A stretch of 64,000 nt of DNA from a virus. Below, in pieces: positions 1 through 9,331 of this stretch. The stretch covers positions 1 to 64,000 of the IMG/VR virus record IMGVR_UViG_3300025030_000067. One strand, 5' to 3'. Position 1 is the first letter of the stretch; every line of letters begins with the position of its first letter. Made by a program: the position numbers and the translations under genes. A model generated the notes under the pieces. That model had not been told where the DNA came from and did no database searches. It was given only the letters and a program-made list of their open reading frames with translations.

Positions 1-204
1 CTACGATTTACCGGAACGCAGCGCACAGGCTGCATGTTCTGCGGTTTCGGGGCACATCTCGAAACCAGTCCAAACAGGTTTGAAGTGATGGAGAAAACGC
101 ATCCCCAGCAGTACCGATATTGCATGGAATCGTTGGGGCTCCGGGAGGTATTGCAGTATTGCGGCATACCTTGGCGGCGTGAGCAGGGGGAGCTGTTTTC
201 GTGA
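1..204 (+). CDS. C-terminal fragment of PAPS-reductase-family phage protein (partial, 5' end outside window)
   Basis: Frame 1 translates ...QRTGCMFCGFGAHLETSPNRFEVMEKTHP...GELFS* (stop TGA 202-204). RTGCxxC followed by NRF..M..THP is typical of phage PAPS-reductase-like proteins. Confidence 0.6.
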   Translation, partial: LRFTGTQRTGCMFCGFGAHLETSPNRFEVMEKTHPQQYRYCMESLGLREVLQYCGIPWRREQGELFS

Positions 205-353
205 TATATTTGGTTATTTCCTACGTGGTAATTGCACTTATTGGTGGCGGTGATGTTGCAGCTTGTTTGCTTCTTATTCTGATGCTTCGGGCTTTGTGAT
301 CATTTTGCGGCATAGGCTTCTGTTGAATAAAGGCAGAAGTAATAGGAGGTCCG

Positions 354-704
354 ATGAACCCATCAGAATTTAGAAAAGAATTGGTAAAAATCATGCCTGG
401 TTACGATTGGACGGTCCACAAGTCCAGTAACCCCGAAATGCATTTGTCGGCCACAGGGATACAATCGAGCGGCTTTAATCGGCTGTCAACGCTGAGTGTG
501 GTACGGAGAGACATATTGTCCTCTGGTGGAGTGCAGTATGAGGTCAAAAGCGCTGGTTTCGGTACAAAATCTCCGTGGTTGGCAGAGCGGGGAGGACGGA
601 CGCTTGCACAGGCACTACGCGCCCTTCAGGCCCATTACGAAAATATGGCTCAAACATATAGAGGCCACGCTAATGACCTGCAAAATGCACGCAAAAAAGC
701 ATAA
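354..704 (+). CDS. hypothetical phage protein
   Basis: 116-aa ORF with AGGAGG RBS upstream. Confidence 0.7.
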   Translation: MNPSEFRKELVKIMPGYDWTVHKSSNPEMHLSATGIQSSGFNRLSTLSVVRRDILSSGGVQYEVKSAGFGTKSPWLAERGGRTLAQALRALQAHYENMAQTYRGHANDLQNARKKA

Positions 705-730
705 CCACTGAAAAGAACTGGAGGACGAAG

Positions 731-1087
731 ATGTTAGCTTTATCGATACAGCAGCCATGGGCGTGGTTAATTGTGAACGGTCACAAGGATATTGAAAACC
801 GCACTTGGCCTACGCGAATAAGGGGGCTGATTCACGTCCATGCTGGGCAGAAGTTTGACAAGGAAAGCCATGAATGGATACGGCGCGAGTTCCCTGGGAT
901 CGCCATGCCTGCCCCTTCCGAGTTTGATCGGGGCGGGATCGTTGGGCAGGCAAGGATTACCGGATGCGTCGAGGTATCGGATTCGCCGTGGTTTTTCGGG
1001 CCATTCGGGTTTGGGCTGGCAGATGGCCGGCCAAGTATATTCTTACCATGCCGAGGGAAGCTTGGCTTCTTTAAGGTAGAGGGCTAA
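731..1087 (+). CDS. ASCH domain protein
   Basis: ALSIQQPWAWLIVNGHKDIENRTW (GxKxxExR) motif; GGAGG RBS. Confidence 0.9.
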   Translation: MLALSIQQPWAWLIVNGHKDIENRTWPTRIRGLIHVHAGQKFDKESHEWIRREFPGIAMPAPSEFDRGGIVGQARITGCVEVSDSPWFFGPFGFGLADGRPSIFLPCRGKLGFFKVEG

Positions 1088-1110
1088 ACAATTAACTCAC
1101 AGGAGGTTTT

Positions 1111-3561
1111 ATGATTCTCAGATCAATTCGACTGAGGGGTTTTAGGGGATTCAGTGCTGGCATCGGTGTTGATGAAGTGTTTCTCGATCTGTCGGTTCTG
1201 CCTGACGGATTGGTTGCTGTCTGCGGTCCTAACGGTGCAGGGAAAACAACGCTGCTCGACAATCTGCATCCGTACCGAATCCAGCCGTACAAGATTCGCA
1301 AAGCCAAGGACTGGTCGCCTGGTGCGTTCTCATATTATGACCAGTGCTCCGGATCCGATGCGTGCAAAGAGCTGGTGTTCGAGATGGGCGGTGTCGCGTA
1401 CCGTGCTCTGATCCTGATCGATGCCGAGCGGCGCAAGCAGGAAGCGTATCTTTATCAGGCGTCTTCTGTCTGCGCCACAGTTCCGGTCTGGACTCCGCTG
1501 AATGATGGCAAGGTAAAGACCTACGACGAGGCCGTGGAGAAGGTCTGCGGTTCTCCGTCACTGTTCTTTACGTCCGTGTTTCGCTGCCAGGGCGCCAAGA
1601 ATCTTTCGGATTATACTCGTGGCGACATCATGCAGATTATCTCCGAGCTTTTGAATATTGATCATATTCGCGAGCAGTCAGAGAAATGCCGCACCGTTGT
1701 CTCTGGCTTGTCCGCTGGGCTGCTTCTGGCTCGTGACCGCATGGTTGGCCTGGCTGCCGAGTCAGAGGCCGCTGCGGGGCTTGAATTGGAGATATCGCGT
1801 GTCTCCATAAACAAGACCACCGACCAACTCGGGTTAGATAGCGGTCAAAGCGTTCTTGATGGAGTGCGAACGGAAATCATAAAAGTCCGGGAGCAGCAGG
1901 CCGCGCAGGAGTCGGAGGGCGTTCGCCTAACGATGCTTAAAACGCAGCTTTCTGAGGAGGAGCAGCGCCTCACCGAGGGGGGCGCCGCCGCTGTCAAGGC
2001 GATTGCCGACATCGATAAACGTATTGCTGATGTCGTGCTATCCCGTGATCGGGCCAAGGCTGGGCTGCAAGGCCAGATCACTAACGCTCTTACGTCCCGC
2101 GACAATGCAAAAACTGGTCTTCAGGAGCGCATTGCTCGAGCAGAAAAGATTATTTCGGGTGGCGCCGGTATTCGTGGTGCAGTGGCGAAAGAGTCTGGGC
2201 TTTTGGAAGATATCAACCGGGAGAAGTCAAGCCTTGCTCGGCTCACCAAGGAGCGGGATGAACGACGTGGCCACCTGTCTAAATGGGGAGCGGAATTGTC
2301 TGGCTTGAACGCTGAAATAAAGGCGCTTGAGCAGGCAGCGGCGAAGCTGGATGGCCTGGATTGTCATGGTGACGCCTCGGGCTGGCTAAATCCGAGCTGC
2401 CGGTTCATAGCAGATGCTGTTGCTGGGCGTGACTCGTTACCGGAATCAATTGCTCACCGGGATGCGCTGCAGGCGGATTTCTTGAAAATGCAGGGCTTAT
2501 TGTCGGAATCGGATAGTGCTGTTGGGGATTGCAACCGTGCCTTAGTCTCCGCAGAGGATGCGCTGAAAGAGTGCCAGAAGTTCACTCGTTTGCTCCCGGA
2601 GTTGGACCAGGCCGAGGCTAATCTTGTTGTTTGGAATAATGATCTGACCGACCTGGACAAACAGGCTGATGCCAGCATTGCTGCATGGCGCGATGATATG
2701 GCTGGTCTGGATAAGCGTGCCGAGGACGATCTGAAGGCTTTGGGCGGAGACAAGTGGCTGGCCGAGTCTGAGTGGGATTTGGCCCGTATCAGGATAAGCG
2801 ACCGCATCACGGAATTGCGCCGGGATATCGAAGCGTTTCCGGTCTTCGGAGATTTGGCCGGCCAGTTGCGGGAACTGATCATTCGTGAGGGTATCTCTCT
2901 GGCTGCAGTTACCAGTTTCGAGAAGCGGATTCATGATGCTGATATCGAAATTGCTGCGCTACGCACAAAGATGGAGGCAGCGCAGGCCAAATGCGGTGAG
3001 CTGGCTCTGCTAAAAGATAAAGAGGGTAAGCTCGCTGCTGAAATCGCGAAGTTCACTCTGCTAATGAAGGCATGCTCCAATGACGGCATTGTGGCGCTTG
3101 AACTCGATGATGCGGCTCCTTCTATTGCCTCCATCGTTAACGACCTGCTACGGGCGTGTTATGGCTCACGCTTTACGGTTCGCCTGGACACTCAGGCTGC
3201 AAAAGTAAATGGCGACATGAAGGAGACTTTCGACATCATAATTTTTGATGCGGATGCCGGAGACGAGAAGTCGATCACGGAGTGTTCCGGAGGGCAGGTC
3301 ACCGTTCTCGAGGACGCGATCACCCGGGGGATTTGTCTTTACAACATCCATCGTTCTGATCGTGTGTATGGGACGCTCTACAGTGATGAAAAAGACGGGG
3401 CTCTTGATGAAGCTCGCAAGCTTGAATTCATGCGAGTGAAGCGGGAGGCATTGCGGGTAGGCACTCACCGTCATGAGTTTTTTATTACCCAGACGCAGGA
3501 TCTCGTCGATATGGCTGATGCCCGTATTGTGCTGGCTCCGGGCGGTATCGTGATTCAGTAA
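1111..3561 (+). CDS. SMC/SbcC(Rad50)-like ABC ATPase
   Basis: Walker A GPNGAGKTT, long coiled coils with a central Cys pair, signature CSGGQ, Walker B/D-loop LYSDEKDGALD, C-terminal ITQ. Confidence 0.9.
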   Translation: MILRSIRLRGFRGFSAGIGVDEVFLDLSVLPDGLVAVCGPNGAGKTTLLDNLHPYRIQPYKIRKAKDWSPGAFSYYDQCSGSDACKELVFEMGGVAYRALILIDAERRKQEAYLYQASSVCATVPVWTPLNDGKVKTYDEAVEKVCGSPSLFFTSVFRCQGAKNLSDYTRGDIMQIISELLNIDHIREQSEKCRTVVSGLSAGLLLARDRMVGLAAESEAAAGLELEISRVSINKTTDQLGLDSGQSVLDGVRTEIIKVREQQAAQESEGVRLTMLKTQLSEEEQRLTEGGAAAVKAIADIDKRIADVVLSRDRAKAGLQGQITNALTSRDNAKTGLQERIARAEKIISGGAGIRGAVAKESGLLEDINREKSSLARLTKERDERRGHLSKWGAELSGLNAEIKALEQAAAKLDGLDCHGDASGWLNPSCRFIADAVAGRDSLPESIAHRDALQADFLKMQGLLSESDSAVGDCNRALVSAEDALKECQKFTRLLPELDQAEANLVVWNNDLTDLDKQADASIAAWRDDMAGLDKRAEDDLKALGGDKWLAESEWDLARIRISDRITELRRDIEAFPVFGDLAGQLRELIIREGISLAAVTSFEKRIHDADIEIAALRTKMEAAQAKCGELALLKDKEGKLAAEIAKFTLLMKACSNDGIVALELDDAAPSIASIVNDLLRACYGSRFTVRLDTQAAKVNGDMKETFDIIIFDADAGDEKSITECSGGQVTVLEDAITRGICLYNIHRSDRVYGTLYSDEKDGALDEARKLEFMRVKREALRVGTHRHEFFITQTQDLVDMADARIVLAPGGIVIQ

Positions 3562-3622
3562 AAAGCTATCTTGGATTTGTGGCAAATCTGCCACAAAATT
3601 TTAGTTGACTTGCGCAGGTTGG

Positions 3623-3651
3623 AGGCCAGGGCATACACCCTGGCCTTTTTC
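3623..3651 (+). terminator. intrinsic terminator hairpin between convergent genes
   Basis: AGGCCAGGG-CATACA-CCCTGGCCT followed by a T-tract. A second palindrome TTGTGGCA-AATC-TGCCACAA lies at ~3577-3596. Confidence 0.6.
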
Positions 3652-3672
3652 TATGGAGTATTGCTGGATGGG

Positions 3673-4095
3673 TTATTTTGCTGCGAACGCTGCGGCTATG
3701 CCGGTCACCAGTGCCGCCACAAATCCTGCCGCGAACCAGCGAAGCCGGGACGGTGCATTGCTTGTCGCTTCGACTCGTGCTTTATCTGTGGTGACGTAGA
3801 GAGTTTGAAACCGGTCTGATTCGGTTCGGTACGCTTCTTTATCCGCCTGCAGCCCTGTCGCCTTCTTATCCAGTAGTGTGACCTGATTTTCGAGCAACGA
3901 TCGGTCTTTGTCGCATAGAGTCAATCGCTTGATCTTATCTGCGGACTCCTTTTTTGCGAAGGCCAGGTCCACATATAATCGGTTGGCTGTGGTGTAGTTG
4001 AAGAATATCTCAGCGCACTGAGCAGGAATAGCCTGCAAGTACAAACAGGCGAGCAAGAGCGTGGATATCACCCTGAGTCTTGTTTTGGACTTCAT
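3673..4095 (-). CDS. putative spanin/lysis accessory membrane protein
   Basis: N-terminal signal-like segment, coiled coil, C-terminal TM helix. Last gene of the lysis cassette, overlapping the previous ORF. Confidence 0.45.
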   Translation of the reverse strand: MKSKTRLRVISTLLLACLYLQAIPAQCAEIFFNYTTANRLYVDLAFAKKESADKIKRLTLCDKDRSLLENQVTLLDKKATGLQADKEAYRTESDRFQTLYVTTDKARVEATSNAPSRLRWFAAGFVAALVTGIAAAFAAK

Positions 4096-4375
4096 CTGCT
4101 ACTTCCTTTCTGCCGGGAGCCGGTTTCCGTTCCTCGGTTTTGATTTTTGCTCTATGGGTCTTGATGTCGGAGATGCCCCTGTCTATGTCTGGGTACAGAT
4201 TTGTTTCGCGCTCCTTGACTGCACCCCGGCCTGCCTGGGCTGAACTGATCTGCTGTTGTCGAACACCTCCGGCGTCGATTGTCCGTAGCTTTCCTTTGTT
4301 GCGATCGCATTGGTAGGTGGCGAGGCAGAGCGCCAATATCAGTGCTGCAATTATGATTTCTCTTATATATGTCAT
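4010..4375 (-). CDS. putative spanin (Rz-like) membrane protein
   Basis: MTYIREIIIAALILALCLATYQC: N-terminal TM/lipobox-like segment, downstream of the endolysin. Confidence 0.45.
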   Translation of the reverse strand: MTYIREIIIAALILALCLATYQCDRNKGKLRTIDAGGVRQQQISSAQAGRGAVKERETNLYPDIDRGISDIKTHRAKIKTEERKPAPGRKEVADEVQNKTQGDIHALARLFVLAGYSCSVR

Positions 4376-4500
4376 TTTGTTACTCCTGGGATCAGGCCAT
4401 ATCCGCATTTACTGCACCACGTTTTGTGTCCGTTGGACGCCATCGGCCCTTTGCATTCCGGACAATTGTCTCCTGTCGGTAATACTATCAGTGGCATTTT

Positions 4501-5121
4501 CTACCTCACTCTGATGAATCCTACGACTTCAAATGCCGAACCAATGTCGAGCCTTCGATTTCGATCAAATACGCCGCCACCCTCGCGCTGGTTGCCAGTG
4601 CTGCCTGGTTGAGTGTTTCCTTCTCTGCTGCGGAAAGTAGTGCGTCCGGTCTGAGCAAGAGCAATACCGGCATGTCCATTGAAGTTCGATGTTGTTCCAC
4701 GGCCATGCCTCCAAATTATTCCATCTGCTGGTCGGATCTTCTCGATACCCATCGAGACGGCTTCCGCGTCAAAAATCTTGTACGTCAGCTCTCTTGCTCT
4801 GCATGTTTGCCACAACAGCGAACATCTGCCGATCCTTGGCAGGTTGTGCCCCTGCTCGTGGTAGTTGTACACGTAGAATGCTGCGCAGTATGGTTGCCCC
4901 ATTGGTAGCCCGAGGTATTTGAGCCAGGTATCTATCTCTGGTGACCGGTTATCGTTGTGGCGCTCTCTGACGTGCAGATATTTTGCGCTATTCTCTACCA
5001 CCCGCTCCTGGAGGGTTGCCCCATGTGCTTGCGTGCAGAAAATAACCGTCAACACGATCAGGAACAAAAATGCCAGGTCGCCGTGTGGGGCGTTTCGGAA
5101 TTTATTATCGTAGCAACTCAT
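4501..5121 (-). CDS. endolysin, CHAP/NlpC-P60-like peptidase with N-terminal hydrophobic segment
   Basis: GQPYCAAF (catalytic Cys), GHAGI (His), EGNT motifs; lysis cassette position. Confidence 0.8.
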   Translation of the reverse strand: MSCYDNKFRNAPHGDLAFLFLIVLTVIFCTQAHGATLQERVVENSAKYLHVRERHNDNRSPEIDTWLKYLGLPMGQPYCAAFYVYNYHEQGHNLPRIGRCSLLWQTCRARELTYKIFDAEAVSMGIEKIRPADGIIWRHGRGTTSNFNGHAGIALAQTGRTTFRSREGNTQPGSTGNQREGGGVFDRNRRLDIGSAFEVVGFIRVR

Positions 5122-5264
5122 AGCGCCAGTCCCGGTATTGCACCCAAAAAGAGTTTGACGACTTCACCCGAATACACTCTGGCCTCTGGGACAAATGCGC
5201 CGATCAAGGCGATTACCACCACTGCTACAGCAAAGATGATTGAGATAATTCGTTTGGTGTCCAT
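5118..5264 (-). CDS. small membrane protein, holin candidate (48 aa, below ORF-track cutoff)
   Basis: MDTKRIISIIFAVAVVVIALIGAFVPEARVYSGEVVKLFLGAIPGLAL*; its stop overlaps the endolysin start (ATGA). Confidence 0.55.
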   Translation of the reverse strand: MDTKRIISIIFAVAVVVIALIGAFVPEARVYSGEVVKLFLGAIPGLAL

Positions 5265-5265
5265 G

Positions 5266-5568
5266 TTATTTTCCTACGACCGCAGCGACAGACAGCAAAA
5301 GTGCCGCCACCAGTATTGCTGCCGCGATGTTGTTCTCTCCGAATATCTCCTGGTAAACGTCAAACTTCGTACCGCGCAGAAAGAAAAGGAGGCCTACCGC
5401 CACAGTCAGCAGCACTGCCACGTAGATCATCTTGAGGACCACGATCTCGACGATGGCCGCTCCGTTCCCTGGTGCAAGAAAATATACCGCTGCTACGGTT
5501 GCGAACAGCCACACCAGCGCAAAGAGTTTTTCGTCTACTGCTGCCCAGATCTTCTTGATTGTTTCCAT
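5266..5568 (-). CDS. multi-TM membrane protein, holin candidate (DUF350-like)
   Basis: Three hydrophobic helices; ...EIFGENNIAAAILVAA... motif. Confidence 0.6.
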   Translation of the reverse strand: METIKKIWAAVDEKLFALVWLFATVAAVYFLAPGNGAAIVEIVVLKMIYVAVLLTVAVGLLFFLRGTKFDVYQEIFGENNIAAAILVAALLLSVAAVVGK

Positions 5569-5588
5569 GGTTCATCCTCCAGTTGGTT

Positions 5589-5936
5589 TTAGGTTGGTGT
5601 GTTTTTACCGCCGTGTTGTTTGGCGCAACCGACTTCGAATTCATGAAAATCGGATTTCAGGTGATTTAGCTCTTTCCATATCTCTTCGAATTCATCACCC
5701 GAGTTATCCTCTTTTTCGGATAGCTTCTTTACGATCTCTTCCAGCCGGACGATCATTTTTCCGATATTCTCGAATGTAGTTCTGCCGTTTTCGAGTTGGG
5801 TGTCGTGTGCCTTGATATCGGAATTCAACCTGTTGTACAGCATGGTTACCAGTCCACATATCACTGTGAAGCAAGCAATCAGGGCTGCCCATGTTTCGGC
5901 TGGGAATGATTGCGCCAGTGTTTTAGGGTCTGACAT
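5589..5936 (-). CDS. TM plus coiled-coil lysis-region protein
   Basis: Probable start MSDPK at 5936; one TM helix followed by a coiled coil. Confidence 0.5.
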   Translation of the reverse strand: MSDPKTLAQSFPAETWAALIACFTVICGLVTMLYNRLNSDIKAHDTQLENGRTTFENIGKMIVRLEEIVKKLSEKEDNSGDEFEEIWKELNHLKSDFHEFEVGCAKQHGGKNTPT

Positions 5937-6107
5937 TGCGCACCTCGGCAATGCGTTGGCGGCGGTCTTTGCGGCGTCGGCAATCTCTAAGTATTTTGTA
6001 GACGTCAATGCCGCACATGATAAGCGTCAGGAGACAAAGAGCTATAAGTGCTATTAAAACCAAGTAGTGGATATCCATTAGATCGCTCCGGCTTTGAGAT
6101 GTTGGTT

Positions 6108-6476
6108 TTACCAGGCGATCGCCAGAACTTCTTCCTCGGTTTCTGCTGCCGCAAGTGTCTGCTCCAGCTCCCATTTACGGGCAAATAATCCCAGACCAAA
6201 ATCGACCAATTCTCCGACAATCTCGGAAAGTTCGGCTACAGTCACGGTGTGGAACTGATTGTCGTAGTCACGGATGGTGGTGGTTGTGCTGGTAGTGCCT
6301 GTCTCAACCAGTCGGTCGCGAAGTCTGGACAGATTGTCGATGTCTTCGCGCTTGGCGTCCATTTTGAAACCACCTGCAGTCAAATATCCGTTAAGTGGTG
6401 CTTGTACGAATCCGTCCCTGATGCGTGATGCCTGCACTGCTTTCAGTCCGTCGAGAGGGTTGCTGTTTGATTCCAT
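6108..6476 (-). CDS. DUF4376-like tail-fibre-associated protein
   Basis: IRDYDNQFHTVT...ARKWELEQTLAAAETEEEVLAIAW C-terminus typical of this family; AGGAG RBS. Confidence 0.65.
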   Translation of the reverse strand: MESNSNPLDGLKAVQASRIRDGFVQAPLNGYLTAGGFKMDAKREDIDNLSRLRDRLVETGTTSTTTTIRDYDNQFHTVTVAELSEIVGELVDFGLGLFARKWELEQTLAAAETEEEVLAIAW

Positions 6477-6488
6477 GATTTTCTCCTT

Positions 6489-7541
6489 TTAAAGTAGTGC
6501 CGGGACGCTGCCCTTTGAAAATATGAGCTGATTTAAAATTGACTCTACCGACCGCTTGCCGTCGCAATGCTTCATGTATCCCAGAAAGCTTGCGACTCTG
6601 ACCCGTATCTGCTCCAAGCTCATTAATCCTTCGCGGTAGAGTTCGACGAACTTCTTGAACCGTTTCCTGGCACCTTTCACTGTTCTGATGCGGGGCTTGG
6701 TGTAGTCCGGCCACATGCGGTATCCGCAGAAGTCGATCGGGTGGCATGTGCCGTTGCCGGATTTGAATATTGTGGTTTTGGGATTGAATGTCAGGTGCAG
6801 GCGTTCGGTGATGAAAACTTCAATGTCTGCATGCAGCTTTTTGAGGTAATCTTTGTCTGGATGAACCACAACAAAGTCGTCCATGTATCGGGCGTACATC
6901 TTTACGCCGAGATCGTCCTTGACGTAGTGGTCCAGTGCGTCCAGATAAATGTTGGCGAATAGCTGGCTGGTTAACGCTCCGATTGGTACTCCGCGCTTGT
7001 CGCCGTCGCAGTCTATTATCTGCCCTATCAGCCACAGTGTATCTTTATCGGATATCGTTCTTTTGATCAGTTCGAAGAGCACGTTTCTGTCGATGCTGGG
7101 GAAGTAGCCTTTGATATCTGCTTTCAGCACATAGTAATCGCCCCATTTTTTGTCGGCAGCGACGGCAAACGGTTCGACGCGCATCTTTGCTGCATGGGTT
7201 CCTTTGCCGGTGCGGCAGGCGAACGAATCCGGAATGAATCTCCGCTCGAAAAGCGGCTCTATGATTTGGACAAGGGCGTGGTGGACTACCCGGTCTTTAA
7301 ATGGTGGTGCGTGGATTGTTCTCTTCTTTGGTTCGTAAACGAAGAATTCACGATATCTTGATGGCTTCCATTGCTTCCACGTCAGCTGGTTTAGCGCATT
7401 AATAAGGTTCTCTTCCAGATTTTGCCCATAACGCAGGACCGAACCACGGAAGCGTTTTGCTCGTGAGGCTCCACGGAATGCTTCGTACATGTTCTCGAAG
7501 TTCACTATCTGGTCCCATATGTTGTTGTGGGTTACGGGCAT
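6489..7541 (-). CDS. DGR reverse transcriptase
   Basis: RT motifs FKDRVVHHAL, SFACRTGKGTH, LKADIKGYFPSID, GVPIGALTSQLFAN (DGR-type SQ), RYMDD, DFCGY. 350 aa with no maturase/endonuclease; adjacent TR and Avd. Confidence 0.95.
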   Translation of the reverse strand: MPVTHNNIWDQIVNFENMYEAFRGASRAKRFRGSVLRYGQNLEENLINALNQLTWKQWKPSRYREFFVYEPKKRTIHAPPFKDRVVHHALVQIIEPLFERRFIPDSFACRTGKGTHAAKMRVEPFAVAADKKWGDYYVLKADIKGYFPSIDRNVLFELIKRTISDKDTLWLIGQIIDCDGDKRGVPIGALTSQLFANIYLDALDHYVKDDLGVKMYARYMDDFVVVHPDKDYLKKLHADIEVFITERLHLTFNPKTTIFKSGNGTCHPIDFCGYRMWPDYTKPRIRTVKGARKRFKKFVELYREGLMSLEQIRVRVASFLGYMKHCDGKRSVESILNQLIFSKGSVPALL

Positions 7542-7711
7542 GCTATCCTCGGGGTTCTAAGTAGAAAAGCGGCCATGTTCTCTTGCGATACTTACCGCAA
7601 CTTTTCAGCTAAACATTGTTTGTGCCCACCACTGCGACACAGGAGTAAGGCTCCTTTTGCCTGTGCGCTGAAAGCTCTCCCATGGGAACGCTTTATCTAG
7701 CAACAGGCGAG

Positions 7712-7822
7712 AGCGGGACGGAAGCCGATGTTGCTGTTCACGTTGGAGCGCTGATTGTTCAAGTTCAAGGCAGCCAGGCCAGCATTCGAGGTGTTGTTCC
7801 AATTGCCACCCCGGATCGGCAG
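7712..7822 (-). repeat. DGR template repeat (TR)
   Basis: 111 bp rich in AAC/AAT codons (LPIRGGNWNNTSNAGLAALNLNNQRSNVNSNIGFRPA). Aligns without gaps to 8255-8365 and 59103-59212, with mismatches only at TR adenines. Confidence 0.95.
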
Positions 7823-7830
7823 AGATAGCC

Positions 7831-8166
7831 TTACCCCTTTATTGATTTCACCCACCCACCGATCATCCTGCCAAGTTCGGCAAGATTTCCTCCCCACACT
7901 TCGTACTTCGCGAACGGCAGGAACTGCAGCTCCATCGCAAGGCGCACTTGAGTGCGGAGGATTTCAAGCTCGGTGTCTATTGCATATATCGTTTCTCTTT
8001 TATCTCTGCTCCGGTTCGCCCGGATGATCTGCTCGAGCAATCCGAACATGGTTCTTTTGATATCTTGTGCCAGCGAGAATTTCTCTGACTTCGGGAACTG
8101 CCGCAAGGCGATGTATCCGTACTTGATCATGTCTTCGCATTTTTGTTTGATCTTTAAGTTTTCCAA
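7831..8166 (-). CDS. avd: DGR accessory variability determinant (Avd)
   Basis: 111 aa, QFPKSEKFSLAQDIK...ELGRMIGGW four-helix-bundle signature; lies between target and TR. Confidence 0.9.
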   Translation of the reverse strand: MENLKIKQKCEDMIKYGYIALRQFPKSEKFSLAQDIKRTMFGLLEQIIRANRSRDKRETIYAIDTELEILRTQVRLAMELQFLPFAKYEVWGGNLAELGRMIGGWVKSIKG

Positions 8167-8171
8167 AGCCT

Positions 8172-8254
8172 TGCCCTTCGGGCAGCAGGGGCAGAAACCG
8201 CCCCTGCTAACCCATCAGATACCCAGAGAGTCAGATTGCAGATTATCCTATAAA
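8172..8254 (-). promoter_or_regulatory. DGR IMH region and downstream hairpins of target 1
   Basis: Sequence 3' of VR1 differs from that 3' of TR but is shared with VR2. Hairpins AGCAGGGGC-N7-GCCCCTGCT (8184-8208) and TGCCC-GAA-GGGCA (8172-8184). Confidence 0.75.
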
Positions 8255-9307
8255 AGCGGGACGGAAGCCGAGGATGCTGGCCACGTAGGAGCGCTGATTG
8301 TTCAAGTACAAGGCAGCCAGGCCAGCATTCGAGGTGTTGTTCCAATTGCCACCCCGGAGCGGCAGGGCCTCGAACGATGGCGCGTTGGTGTTGTTGGCGT
8401 AAATCTGCCCGAGTACGCTACCCATGTTGGCTGCTGTGTCGTAAGGGGCAAGGAGTGCCTGCTTCATTTTGAGCGCAACGGCTGGAGTCGTGAGCCCTGT
8501 TGCCACGGTAGAGCTCCATGCTGCTTGGTTCAGTGACGGTCCACGGTTTACATCGGCTACTGCTGTTTCGGTCAGCACCAATGCCCCTGTGGCGGCGTTG
8601 GCTGTACCTGCTGTTGCGGATGCGATACGTGCCAGTGAGTCCGGCCAGCTGGCTTCTGCGAGGGTGTAGTTGTTGTCGGACGGCATCTTGATCACGCCGT
8701 CGACGAGTTTCATGCCATCCTGCCATTCCCATACATTGCCGACGAGATCAGAAATGCCGGTAAAGTCACCGGAGTGTCGCCACGATGCGGGACCGGAACC
8801 GGTAAGGGTGTGAGCGCTGCCGGACGCAGTGCCCGGCGCCAGGCCGTCAGTTCGGCGGCCTGTTTCAAATGGGCTTGCATGAGACTGACCATAATATGTG
8901 TTGCCTCGAACAAGCGGCAGACCGTTCTTGATACACCAGAGCGCGATAGCTGCCCACTCCCAGTTGGTCATCATGTGCCATCCGGCGCCTTTATTGGTGC
9001 AGGCGAGTTTGGCGTTGTCGAAGTTGATAGACACATACGGAGCCATGCCTGGCTGGGAAACCCCAAGACCGTTCATATTGACAGCGTTATATTGCCCAAG
9101 GAATATTTCGTTCTTCTCGACTCCGCCTACTATGAACGCTGGATGGACTCCGGTTCCGAGGTTGGCACTGATGTCCTCGCAACGGAACTTGGGAATAATT
9201 CGCATGTAGTTAGCGAAACCCTGGCTGTCATAAAGCACTGTACACTGGCCGCCTGTGGCCGCTTCAACCGACTGTCTTAACGCATCTTTGGTAATGATTG
9301 TTGGCAT
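8243..9307 (-). CDS. DGR target protein 1 (FGE-sulfatase/C-type-lectin fold, probable receptor-binding protein)
   Basis: WHMMTNWEWAA, GISDLVGNVWEW, RGGNW...GFRP motifs; VR1 at the C-terminus; next to tail fibre genes. Confidence 0.9.
   Translation of the reverse strand: MPTIITKDALRQSVEAATGGQCTVLYDSQGFANYMRIIPKFRCEDISANLGTGVHPAFIVGGVEKNEIFLGQYNAVNMNGLGVSQPGMAPYVSINFDNAKLACTNKGAGWHMMTNWEWAAIALWCIKNGLPLVRGNTYYGQSHASPFETGRRTDGLAPGTASGSAHTLTGSGPASWRHSGDFTGISDLVGNVWEWQDGMKLVDGVIKMPSDNNYTLAEASWPDSLARIASATAGTANAATGALVLTETAVADVNRGPSLNQAAWSSTVATGLTTPAVALKMKQALLAPYDTAANMGSVLGQIYANNTNAPSFEALPLRGGNWNNTSNAGLAALYLNNQRSYVASILGFRPAFIG
8255..8365 (-). repeat. DGR variable repeat VR1
   Basis: 7 mismatches to TR, all at TR adenines (T on the + strand). 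Confidence 0.95.
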
Positions 9308-9331
9308 CGTTCTCTCTCCTTTTTAATTTAA

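Noticed and set aside
6489-7541. Group II intron or retron RT
   Set aside because: No maturase or intron domain V/VI features and no msr-msd. The SQ motif, Avd and TR/VR pairs identify a DGR.
7605-7897. ORFs 7605-7802 and 7697-7897 over the TR
   Set aside because: These are translations of the template repeat and spacer RNA region, not supported as genes.
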